A DNA stretch of 63,063 nt, the filler included, from Lenisia limosa (lineage: Eukaryota; Protista; Breviatea), in NCBI GenBank assembly GCA_001655205.1. It is 13 parts of 13 records of this genome, joined end to end, with 100 filler letters (N's around TTAATTAATTAA, not from the genome) between each part and the next. Parts side by side here need not be neighbours in the genome. Positions count along the whole stretch, not along the records: positions 49,679 to 52,668 come from LPNZ01001682.1; positions 52,769 to 54,491 come from LPNZ01010389.1; positions 54,592 to 56,051 come from LPNZ01000134.1; positions 56,152 to 58,285 come from LPNZ01000562.1; positions 58,386 to 59,543 come from LPNZ01002186.1; positions 59,644 to 61,798 come from LPNZ01005753.1; positions 61,899 to 63,063 come from LPNZ01006280.1; 6 more parts are not named here. One strand, 5' to 3'. Each line of letters opens with the position of its first letter. Position 1 is the stretch's first letter. Of this stretch, positions 51,746-63,063 are shown in pieces. The notes under the pieces are model-generated. The model was given only the letters and a program-made list of their open reading frames with translations. It had not been told where the DNA came from and did no database searches. The position numbers were made by a program, and so were the translations under genes.

Positions 51746-52027
51746 GGATGGTGTTTGCGATGCTTGTATTATTATGATGTTTTGTGCAAATCGGGGGTTG
51801 AGGTGATCTTTAGTGGGTTTTGATCGGCTGGTTGAAAAGGAGGAATTACAATACTACAACATTTATCGGGATTTGTCGGGATTTGTGTAACCCGAAACGA
51901 GGTGATGAGTCTACTACGTAGGGTGAAATTGGGAAATCTTAAGTTTTGAAGAAAAATAGTTGTTTTAAGATATGGAGAAAAAAAAATATCATTTAAATAC
52001 AATGTATGCTGGAGAGGCACGCAGAAA

Positions 52028-52126
52028 GCTGTGTGCACAGAGTTGTAAGACAAATGATTGGGTGAATTAGTATTATACTATAATCCAACATCTCTTATAA
52101 ACGTGATGGTGTGGACGGCTTCGGCC
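52028..52126 (+). repeat. Repeat family A (about 130 bp, no TIR), best copy. Others at 6281-6330, 12397-12520, 20571-20690, 21675-21723(-), 24786-24845, 49500-49578, 52335-52358, 52800-52862(-), 56750-56795, 60568-60605
   Basis: Shared GCTGTGTGCACAGAGTTGTAAGRCAAATGATTGGGTGAATT...ATCTCTTATAAGCGTGATGGTGTGGACGGCTTCGGCC(A)GATACAACC...TATTTCTCATT. Confidence 0.9.
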
Positions 52127-54433
52127 TTTTGTCTTCGCGACATAGATTATTATCTTCTATGGGTCGTACATGATCCATATTAGAAGCATCAATAACTGAA
52201 ATTACCATAAGAAAAACCAAGTTGAGAGAAATGAGTGTCATTTGTAATTATTTTGGGAGTTTTTTGATCGTATTTCATATCATGATCATATAAATGGCCC
52301 CCTCCCCTCCTTTAATACTAAATGTTATATCCAAGTGATGTTGTGGACGGCTTCGGCCTGACACCAGGGATAGGATTGCAGTTTTTGTGATACTGTGGAC
52401 AGCTTTGTATAATAACTACTATCAATTCAATGTTAAATCTTATCCATCGATTTAGCCTGATATAACTTATTAGTGTATCATGAATCCAGCATTCACCTAT
52501 TTATAATCATAACTGTTGTTTTCGTTTGTCAATAAGAATCACTTTAATCTAAATCACGCAAGTTACGCTTGGTTGTGGTTCTTTTTGTCCTTCGAGCAAG
52601 TTTTAAAACTGAAACCTGCTTTATACACCTTCAGCGTTAATTTTTTGTTCTACTTAATTCCCTACCATNNNNNNNNNNNNNNNNNNNNNNNNNNNNNNNN
52701 NNNNNNNNNNNNTTAATTAATTAANNNNNNNNNNNNNNNNNNNNNNNNNNNNNNNNNNNNNNNNNNNNTCTCCCATAAAATGTTATGAGAGATACAAAAT
52801 AAGGTTTTATCAGGCCGAAGCCTTTCACACCATCACACTTATCAGAGATATTGGATTATAGTAAATATATAGTATACTATACATATATATATATATTCTC
52901 ACCTCTCTGAACAAAAGGTCAGCAAATTGGTACACTCCTTCGACCGTGTATGTTGGTAGGTTGACAGGAAGGCCCTCACGAGAGGGAGGCAGCCCTGCGC
53001 CGTGAGAGAAGTGTATGAAAGGATGGGAAGAAGTAATGCAAATGTTAACAATAAGCGTTCTTTCTTCCTCATAAACTCACAAACACATAGCCAGATAATT
53101 CAGTGTAGTATCCCAGCCCACCGAAGGGGTTATCNNNNNNNNNNNNNNNNNNNNNNNNNNNNNNNNNNNNNNNNNNNNNNNNNNNNNNNNNNNNNNNNNN
53201 NNNNNNNNNNNNNNNNNNNNNNNNNNNNNNNNNNNNNNNNNNNNNNNNNNNNNNNNNNNNNNNNNNNNNNNNNNNNNNNNNNNNNNNNNNNNNNNNNNNN
53301 NNNNNNNNNNNNNNNNNNNNNNGCTAAGTTAGCGCAAGGAATATCATAACTACAGTTGACCCGTCCAGACAGCAAACACTCACATCACACAACAATCAAT
53401 ACCTTATCGGAGTCTGTGTGCGAGGCGGTAACTTGGGGTTTTGAAGGCGGGTTGGCAATGGATAACGCATTGTGTTTCTCCTTAATGACATCGGCAAGAA
53501 TATCGTCCGGCTGGGGGGGGGGGGGGNNNNNNNNNNNNNNNNNNNNNNNNNNNNNNNNNNNNNNNNNNNNNNNNNNNNNNNNNNNNNNNNNNNNNNNNNN
53601 NNNNNNNNNNNNNNNNNNNNNNNNNNNNNNNNNNNNNNNNNNNNNNNNNNNNNNNNNNNNNNNNNNNNNNTTCGAGTGCGTTGACTGTGGTCTGGAGTAC
53701 GTTGATGGTGGAGTTATCAAGGCGAAGTATTGTCGGTAACACTCGAAGCCCCGCAAAGTCAATGAACCTGTTCAGTAACTTAAATATGGTATCATCAGCA
53801 GAAGCACGTTGTTCTGTGTTACGAGCGTTTAAGCATTTGAAATGAACCTCACAGATGCCACAAAAGAAATGGTCAATAATGCTCACCTGTAGCCTTGTTG
53901 CGAAGTCCTCTCAATCAGAAGCTCGGCAAAGCTGATAAAGGTTAATACACTGTAAACAACAAAAAGGGCAAGATGTGTGTGAGTGGGGATTGTACAATAG
54001 CTGTATTTTCCTGCGTTATGAAGATACGGATTTTGGATGTTCTAATTAGTCAGTAATAATGAAATAGCTTCAGGTGTGTATTTGAATATCAAAAGTAGTT
54101 AAATCAGAAAAGCAGTGAGGAGCGGGGGGGGGGGGNNNNNNNNNNNNNNNNNNNNNNNNNNNNNNNNNNNNNNNNNNNNNNNNNNNNNNNNNNNNNNNNN
54201 NNNNNNNNNNNNNNNNNNNNNNNNNNNNNNNNNNNNNNNNNNNNNNNNNNNNNNNCTAACAACACACGAGGGTGAAAACAAACAAAGCCCAGGCCAGTCT
54301 TGTGCAGCCCCATCATTCTAGCGCACGATAAAAAATCTGCAAGTACCCTTCCAACCAAACTCAGCACTGAATAGAGGTTTATTGTTTAAAAATCAAGAAA
54401 ATGAATATAATACTTCTGTGCTGGTACTCATAA

Positions 54434-54491
54434 TGAACCCCATACTTTCCCTCCAATGAACCCCATACTTTCCCTCCAATGAACCCCATAC
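54434..54491. repeat. Short tandem repeat (AATGAACCCCATACTTTCCCTCC, about 2.5 copies). Similar local duplications at 33430-33492, 47445-47600, 59360-59390, 61900-61960
   Basis: Directly visible direct repeats. Confidence 0.8.
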
Positions 54492-54959
54492 NNNNNNNNN
54501 NNNNNNNNNNNNNNNNNNNNNNNNNNNNNNNNNNNTTAATTAATTAANNNNNNNNNNNNNNNNNNNNNNNNNNNNNNNNNNNNNNNNNNNNGAAGTTTGA
54601 CAAAATTTGTAGTGTTTTTTTTTCTTTCGATAATGTGCACTTTTTTAAGAAGCTTGAACAGAACCGTTTGAAATTGGCTTTTTCAATGTAAATTCTTATT
54701 TCTTGTTCAAAACAATTTTCTTATCATATTTACGATCCATTAGATAACCGGGCAGCCAACTGGCTTTCCCTCCTGTCCCTGGGCTTCCACGACGAACTTG
54801 TGGCTGATAAAGGTAGGAATTTGATGCTAATTCTGCTTTTCTCTTCACTACAAGTCTCAAATGCCGAGTTGTTTGGACGGCTTCTACCTAATAACCGTTT
54901 GTATTCAATGTACAAGCATTTGTCTTGTCCCTTTATTTCAAATTGCTTATAATACCCAG

Positions 54960-57597
54960 GGCCTCCAAAATCCCTTGGTGCTGCTGTGACTCAGCCATAT
55001 ATTCGAAATGTTTGGGGGGGCGGGGGACTGTTTTGCTATCTTCAGTTCCAAAAAATTCAAAAGAGATCTTGCCAAATATACATTGTAATATTATAGTAAA
55101 TACTCTAATCTTAAGTTTCTAAACTCACTTTAGGCCAGGAACAGCATGAACCGGTTGAGACTGAGTATGTACCAAAAAGACTCCACTGGTATGTGAAGAA
55201 TTATGTTGGCAATAAGATCATTATCATAATTCTGGACAGAACACCTTGGGCGAATTCGGTATCTGAACACACAAATACATGTATTTATTTACCCACAATC
55301 TAGTAGAGAATCCCCTGTAATTCCCCAAAGTGTATATTATAAATATCATACACTGCATAGTCTACATATAATGAATATTCGTCGAATGCACTCATTATTT
55401 CACGTTCTGTTCGTTTTTAGCATTTGTATTGAATCACTCTTTCTCGGTATTTATGTTCTTTATATTATGTTGATAGATTCTGCAAGAAACACCCCCTTTT
55501 TCATTTCGCCCTCATAATATCCTTAGTATTCAACATGGCTGCACGACTGTATGATGATCTCCTTCGCTTCAAACGGAGGCCTAGAACTTTGGGCGTAAGG
55601 GGGCGGGGTAGACCTCGGTCTTGAGTTGATCTTTTAAAGGGGACTTAAAAAAAGATATCATATATTACAGATTAGCATTCAGAGGAATCATATCAATACT
55701 TCAATAGACTATCAATACTTCAATACTCTAACGTGAGCGAGATATATTACTCCAGGTTTTTTTGAGCTTACCCTAACATAAGCGGGGTCTCTTACTATAA
55801 GGTGTGGTACCCATCCATCAGGCAAGCCTTTGTAATAAACTTTCAGATTTCCTTTTTGGCTGAACATTTAGATTTCCTATTCTGTGGGGCATCGCAGATG
55901 GTCCGGATACCGAACTAAGTCCCTCCCGTGCCCCCACTTGGTTTTTCCGCCGCTTCCCTTGCAGACGCAAGAGGTTTGTTCTCATCTTCATTTGTGTTCA
56001 AACATTCACACGCTCCTTCCCACCTCCTCATCACTATTTCATTACACACCCNNNNNNNNNNNNNNNNNNNNNNNNNNNNNNNNNNNNNNNNNNNNTTAAT
56101 TAATTAANNNNNNNNNNNNNNNNNNNNNNNNNNNNNNNNNNNNNNNNNNNNGTATATATGTTACTATATATTGTACAAACCGCCCCATATAATAACATCA
56201 ATATTTAACGAAAACAGGATGACGACGACAACACCAGCCTTGTGGTTCTGATCTTTGGTGGTGTCATGGTCATGTCTGTCGTTGTTGCTGCTTTCATCGG
56301 TGGGGGTAACCATTTTGAGGGATGGAGACTACTCTACCCTTCGTTTTTTGTTTCATACATTTTCTAATTTCAATTTTACTCCGCTTGCATTGCTTTGATA
56401 GGTTAGAAGTGGCTTTTGGGTGTTACCCTGCCAGCAATAAATTGTTACTACTCTACTGCACATTGACTTGAGATTCTTGTGAAAATGTTGGAATTCCAAT
56501 ATTTTGCATGTGAATCCCATGTCCTTTTTTGGAAATTTGAAGAAATTTCTGGGATTCTCAAATAATATAAGGGAATTCCAAGTTGATACGCCGTAGTGTA
56601 TTGGTCACATTCCCTCGAGCGAGAATAGCATGGATATAGTGTCTTATATTTAGGCCTTTACTTCGGTTCAACAAAGACTGCATTTCTCGATAAATCCTCA
56701 AAAACTATCGATATTTTACCGGTCTTTTTTTGAACCAAAGTGAAGGCCTACTTATAAGCATGATGGTGTGGACGGCTTCGCCCAGATACAATCTTATTAT
56801 CTTTCCACATGATATACAGGAAGGCAATAACCCTTCAGTTGCCACCGGACAAAAGGACGAGAAAGAGTTACCCATGACTCAGCTCAAAGAAGTCAACACA
56901 GCTCCCGCTACTGCTACTTTGACCGTATGATCGGGTTGATATCCTCCATTAGTGAATTGGTGAACTTCGTAATTGTCGATACAAAGAAACGGTGAGCCAA
57001 TGGAGCTCGTCTACTCGCGAGCGGGTTTGGTCCTAATATCGTGGGATCCCAGCGAACTTTCACTCAAACAAAAACAGAAACGATGGATATTAAATATCGT
57101 AACACTTTTTGGATCATTATCACACGTGTGAACTATCATTTCACGCTCGTTTCGACTCGAAAGCCGGCAATATGATCATATCACTAGTAGAAATGGGTTA
57201 ACATATCGATAGATTTCGAAAATTCAACTAAAATTCAGTCTTTTTTTGGTGTCTAGGGCTTCACTTCCGTTCGAAAAACAGACTGAATATCTCGATAAAT
57301 CCTCAAAAATTATCTATATTTTCCCGTTATTTTTCGATCCGAAGTTCAGCCCTAGTTGAGTCCCTTATTTATGTAGACTGTTGCGGTTGAATCGGATGCT
57401 GTCGAGACTATTGCGGTTTGAGGGCACAATCAGGATCATGATTGGGTTGGGTAGAAAATTAAGTTTTACCCTCTATTAGGATGCCCCTGAAATTGATGAC
57501 GCATTGGAGAAGAAGGATGAAGAACAGAAGAAAGAAGAGAAGAAGGAGGAGGAGGAAGAAGAGAAGAAGGAAGTTGTTGAGGCAAATCAGGTGTAAG
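54960..57597 (+). CDS. Hypothetical single-pass membrane protein with acidic C-terminal tail, multi-exon
   Basis: DDDDNTSLVVLIFGGVMVMSVVVAAFI (TM), EGNNPSVATGQKDEKE and DAPEIDDALEKKDEEQKKEE...ANQV* (TAA). The 5' exons are uncertain and a linker intervenes. Confidence 0.55.
57254..57354. mobile_element. MITE family B (about 100 bp, TA-flanked, TIR GGGCTTC..). Others at 19749-19846, 20185-20280, 21325-21373, 21388-21436 (mini), 22423-22516, 56651-56750, 60490-60520
   Basis: TAGGGCTTCACTTC...GAAGTTCAGCCCTA inverted ends and a conserved core TTTCTCGATAAATCCTC. Confidence 0.85.
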
Positions 57598-58559
57598 AGG
57601 AAAAGTGTTAATTAAATAAATAGGGCAAGTAGGATTAGGATTGTTGTTTTTTATTATTTTTATTTTTTTTGTTGAGAAATTTTCTTATTATGTAATTATT
57701 GTTGGCTCCCTCCGTGCACCACGGCACATCCATTTGGGTGGGAGCCTCATATTTCTTCAAATTCATAAATTTTCATACGATTCCCATCCATTCCCATGCA
57801 AAATGTGGGAGTTCCAACGTGATAAAATTTCTTCCTCCGATTGGTGCAATAATATTTTTGAGAATTTAACTTACAAAATATGAGAGTCTGGAATATTACA
57901 AGTACTCCCATTTCTCATTAATTTACGGGGTCCTCATAAATATCATTTTATAAACGTACGTTGTTCGTCTAAGAAAGAGAATCAATTCAACAAGGCACAC
58001 TAAGAAAACAGAGAAAGCAGGCTAAAATACGCCCTTAAATATTAGTTGTGAAAAGCTCATCCACCATAGCAAGAAGCTCCAGTGACTCGGGATGATCAGG
58101 AGCGATCTAAATAGAGTTAACAGTCAAAAAGGAACAAAAAAGGCCATGAAAAAAAAAAAAATATATATATACTATATGGAAACATAGAAAAACACTTCAG
58201 AAAAGAACTTAAAACAAATTAGAAATAAAAACAAATACCTACAAATAATAACAACGGGTATGGGGCACAATTGGGGGGGGGGGGGNNNNNNNNNNNNNNN
58301 NNNNNNNNNNNNNNNNNNNNNNNNNNNNNTTAATTAATTAANNNNNNNNNNNNNNNNNNNNNNNNNNNNNNNNNNNNNNNNNNNNTTGTACTGAAGGGGG
58401 GTTGTGTGCATAATATGTAGTGAGGGTATATAGTTGAATGCCCTTGTGAAGGCATTTCGCTTTACAGTCCTCTTTTTGGCAAGTTACCATTACAGGGTTT
58501 CCCAATTAGGAATCTTACCATCTCAGGATTTCCCAATTAGGCAATTTTACCATTTTAGG

Positions 58560-61500
58560 ATTTGAGCGCTACTGGCCAGATCTCCGGGTGGCATCAGAGG
58601 AAGATGGCCAAAGTGGGATAGGTATTTCTATAGTGAACAGAAATTTTCTATTTTCATTTTTGTTTTTTAATTGTCATTTTCATATTTCTTTTCATTGCTT
58701 TACCATCATATTAACATTTTTATTATCTCGAAGGGAATGATTGATTTTATATTTCATTTTTTATCAAAAATTGGTAAAGTTTTTACTAAAATTTCATGGT
58801 ACTTTTAGTATTAATTATATCAGAGCAATTAATAAATCTGTTTTTTGAAAATGAATATGAAAATACACACCGATAGCAGAGCACTAATTCAGTTCGGAAA
58901 GAATAGCTTCCGCATTTACCTTCCATGCAAGATCGCTCTCATCACCTTCTCAACAGAGTTGATTTGGGATTTTTTTTGTTTCATAAATTTTCCAATTTTA
59001 CTCCCCGCCACACCCATAGATCATGTCAGTGTCCCGCTGAGTCCCATTTCCCTGGCGGTCAGCCCTGAGAATGAGGCCCTTCTTCACGTGCAGAACCTCC
59101 AGATCTGGATCGGTAGGGTGAGGGTTGTTTGGGAGTTTTTTTGGTGTTTTTTTTTTGTTTTATGTTGTGTGCGTGTGATTATTTCTCTTGCTTCAAAATA
59201 AGGTACATATAAGTAAAAAAAAACCCCCAGACCCATTAGATGCTACCAAGGAGTTCAGCGAGGGCGACACTGAGCCCGTCACGGTCATGGCCTGTGTTGT
59301 GTATAGCGGCGTGGGGGGGTACTGTATTATATATTGTGTATGCTGGGGACGTCCTTTCGGGCGTGACTTACGGGCGTGACTTACGGGCGTGATGTTTTTA
59401 GCCAACAGAGTTGATTTTGGGCTTGTTATTGTTTCATAAATTTCCAATTCCCAGAGTATTCGGTTCGTGATTTGTACCTTCACGCCAACATTCTCATCGA
59501 AATTTTCCTTCGTTTACCACCTCCCCTCTCAGTGTTTCACAAANNNNNNNNNNNNNNNNNNNNNNNNNNNNNNNNNNNNNNNNNNNNTTAATTAATTAAN
59601 NNNNNNNNNNNNNNNNNNNNNNNNNNNNNNNNNNNNNNNNNNNCGCGATTGAGAAGTGAGGGTTAAAGTGTGTATGCTGTTTCATATAGTTACTATGTGG
59701 ATATACATGTATATATAATACATATACTATATGATGGTATACGTGATAGACAGAGTTATATACATTATATCATATATCATATAGCTATCTATCATACTAG
59801 TATATATATATTCGTATGAATATGGATAAATAAATGTTGACTTTTAAATGAAGCAGTTGCTACTATAGATAAGTGGGGGAGTATGTTGGATAGTAACAAT
59901 TAACGATTGAGAAGATTATTAGTTGGGTGCTGCAGTTACTTTAAACCACTGGACATTAGCTTCTCTAACTAATTTTGCTCAGAACTGAGAAGACGCTACA
60001 GTTGGATTACAACAGTCACAGCTACTCGTCGCTCAATGAATGGGTGTCTGTCTATCGCAACCCTCACCCAGCTGAGGTGGGGGGGGGGGGGAATNNNNNN
60101 NNNNNNNNNNNNNNNNNNNNNNNNNNNNNNNNNNNNNNNNNNNNNNNNNNNNNNNNNNNNNNNNNNNNNNNNNNNNNNAGGACTTATCCCAGTCACTGTA
60201 TCTTCACAATTGTAAGTTTAGAGTTTAATCATTTTCACAACCCCTTTCCTTTCACCCCCTTATTTTATCGGACCAATATCTTCACCATTATCCATAATAC
60301 CTCATTATGGTATACCCACATCACTACCACCATCGTCATCATCAATCGTCATCAATCATCACTATCACCATCAATCATCATCAATCATCATCACCACCAT
60401 CACCATTTTTCCGTCACTTTTCAGACCCCCCGAGGTGTCATCCGTCCTGACTCGTCGAAATTCCGCTACGGGGATGTGGGCTAAAATCATAGACTACATT
60501 TCTCGATAAATCCTCGATATATGTATGTATATCATATAGTATATACGTATCTAGTACACTATATCATAGTGGACGGCTACTATCTTATTTTTATTTCTCA
60601 TTGCAATATATATCATATAAAGTACAATGAATAGTATACTATACATATCCAGTATAAAAAATGCATATCATATTGCGATAAATAAATATCTTACCAAGGT
60701 TTTTGGAACCATAGCGAATACTTAACCATTTCTTTATATATTGGAGATGTGGATCAACAGCTTAACTTATAGATTATACAGTTCTGAACTTAGACTAACG
60801 AACCTCATATCTGATTTACACATGTAAACTATCATTTTGCACATTTCCATCAAATTACTCCAAAATATCGATAATGCAAATAAATTACGACAAAGATTGC
60901 GCGAGCCTCGTTCTTTGCGCGTAACGTGCCCCCGGGGACAATTATCATTTCGGCCGGCGCGGTGGCGTATATGCAAATTGGCGAGGTGGGATTCTGGGGG
61001 TGGGGGAATGGGGTATGGTAATTATTCGCACAACTTTCCTATTTTGGAAGTAAGACTTACCATTTTAGGAAAAAGCCATGCGACCGGGGTGGTCAGTGCA
61101 TGTCCAGAACTCGACTTTTAACGAGCCGATAGTCACGTGCACCCCTCCAGGTATGCAATTTAAAATATGAAGTTTATTAGAGTATTTAAACATATGATAC
61201 TTATTTTATACAGAAGCGAAGCTTGGACTTTGTTTTTTTTTTTTGTTTTTTCCCTTGCCAAATGAAATGTTTTAATTAGCTTTTGTTTGTTGTTGGTTTT
61301 TAACAATTAATTTCTAATGCATATATTATTTCTCTTGTTCAAAATAAAAGTTACAATTATCATTATTTCCTATTTATTTTATTGTTACAATTTATTTTTT
61401 ACAATTATCATTGTTTCCTCTAGGACTTGAAGGTCGAGTTGAAGACAGTGCCACCAAGAAAACCTTCCTCAGCAAGGCAGACTCGCGTAGTGAAGACGAC

Positions 61501-62810
61501 TGTAACTTTGCAGGTATGGAGTAATTTGTGCTGGTATAATTATGATAGAATATGTCAGCTAGCCTTTTTACATAATGGTTTGCTTGTAGATTATTAGCAT
61601 TATTTACATGGGAGCTGGCTTTATAGGTGGCGTGATGAACGTGCTTTTTTGTATTCGAGCCCTTCCTACACCTTCCTCCATTATGCAGCCATCATATAAC
61701 CCCTTCTTCTCGTTCATATATGTATACACCTATCCTCCCCCGCTGGGGTGATGGGATGCGGTGCTGCAGAAGCGACTGACCTGGGCTTTGTTTTGTTGNN
61801 NNNNNNNNNNNNNNNNNNNNNNNNNNNNNNNNNNNNNNNNNNTTAATTAATTAANNNNNNNNNNNNNNNNNNNNNNNNNNNNNNNNNNNNNNNNNNNNTA
61901 TACTTCATTTCATCTTGAATCCCTTTATACTTCATTTCATCTTGAATCCCTTTATACTCATTTCATTTTGAAACACATCAATAATTTGCACATTTTTCGC
62001 AATAGTTCCTTCCTCCCACCCAACCATCAGTCATAGCTCCCCTCCACCCAACAAATGCGAGCCAACAGAGTTGATTCTGGGTTTTCTTTTGTTTCATTAA
62101 TGTTCCATTTACCCAAATACTCGCTTACAAAAAGTTCCGTTTTTACGTGATTAGTACCTTTACGCCGACATATTTCTTTGAAATTTCCTTCGTNNNNNNN
62201 NNNNNNNNNNNNNNNNNNNNNNNNNNNNNNNNNNNNNNNNNNNNNNNNNNNNNNNNNNNNNNNNNNNNNNNNNNNNNNNNNNNNNNNNNNNNNNNNNNNN
62301 NNNNNNNNNNNNNNNNNNNNNNNNATGGCGGAATGCCGGACTTTGGTGGCTGCGGACCTGACCGCATCCCTCTCAGAATCGTATAGCAGGTATGGGGTAC
62401 TAGGCAGCAAGGATATACAGTTGGGGTTGGGCTTAAAGCAGGGTGCCAATCCAGAAACTGGCTCGGATTATACATTTATGTAACCAAAACCGAGCGTAAC
62501 CTGTGTGCTTTTTATTTACTGTTTTAAAAGAAGTTTTTTTTTTGGAAGCAAGAGAACAAATGCTACCGAAACTATTTGTTCGTATATCTGTGGCTGAATA
62601 CGGATGCCAAATAAGTTTGTTTGTCCGTATTTAAAGAAGCTGTTCTTGCCTACCGTCAATATCATATGTACAGTACATATGCCAATTATTCACTCCCCTC
62701 AGAGCGTACCCTCACATTCTACGTGCGCATCAGCTGTCAGAATTGAGTGAAATTGTCAGTTTCCATACCGGCAATCCAACCGTCCGGTTTGTGGGCCTTC
62801 CTTATTTGGT
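58560..62810 (+). CDS. Hypothetical multi-exon protein(s), scattered exons
   Basis: GC-richer open exons with GT/AG borders at about 59020-59112, 59230-59310, 59980-60076, 61433-61515 and 62326-62380. They span two linkers, so they may not form one gene. Confidence 0.4.
59400..59515 (+). repeat. Repeat family G (about 120 bp). Full or partial copies at 17325-17368(-), 19255-19320(-), 19520-19600, 27222-27275(-), 27490-27530, 27823-27874(-), 37175-37210(-), 54256-54295(-), 58950-59010, 62060-62193
   Basis: Shared GCCAACAGAGTTGATTYTGGG...TTTCATAAATTTTCCAATT...CGGTTCGTGATT...GAAATTTCCTTCGT. Confidence 0.75.
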
Positions 62811-63063
62811 AATCCTTGCCTTGGTAGGGAACACACTTGCCTTATTAGGTAGTCTGTACGTTATCACCAGCTTTCCTCTTCCTCTTTGTTTCCTCATCCA
62901 TTTACTTCCATCTTTTTTGAGAAGTTTCTTTCCCAACACTTTAATGATTCTTGCTTGACTTGACTTTTTAGGAAGTTACTTCGACGGACTTGGGACTCAC
63001 GACTTGATTCTCTGAAGGGTTTGAGGGGGGTCTTAGCATGTGCTATCGGGGAGGTCTGAGCAT

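Noticed and set aside
52117-52132. U2 snRNA 5' end (GCTTC-GGCCTTTTG)
   Set aside because: The match stops after about 14 nt with no branch-point pairing region. It is the family A hairpin plus flank.
6281-60605. CRISPR array, or family A as a whole-intron introner or C/D snoRNA
   Set aside because: The copies are dispersed rather than regularly spaced, occur in both orientations inside larger introns, and lack a consistent terminal CTGA box.
1-63063. tRNA or rRNA genes; many short ORFs in the supplied track
   Set aside because: No cloverleaf or rRNA signature was recognised. Most listed ORFs are antisense shadows, intron read-throughs or N-spanning artefacts.

Overview
This window is intron-rich nuclear DNA from a microbial eukaryote that I cannot identify. 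It uses the standard code, as far as can be seen, and GT-AG introns. It is a gappy draft scaffold with twelve artificial 100-nt N44-TTAATTAATTAA-N44 linkers, so neighbours across linkers may not be truly adjacent. Recognisable spliced genes: a SEH1-like WD40 nucleoporin, DMAP1/SWC4, the 3' part of RPB1 with its CTD, an inosine-uridine nucleoside hydrolase, CLN3/BTN1 and the 5' part of TRAPPC8. There are also several hypothetical membrane and coiled-coil genes. The accessory content is rich. (i) Two families of degenerate, intron-containing DDE (Mutator-like) transposase genes; one has four copies, one of them between 21-bp TIRs. (ii) TA-flanked MITEs, some nested. (iii) Three short interspersed repeat families without TIRs, two with hairpins or palindromes near both ends and one repeatedly forming intron 3' ends. 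(iv) An RPB1 CTD built from 21n-nt exon modules, with the introns splitting the same heptad codon. All gene models and family calls were made by eye, without database searches.
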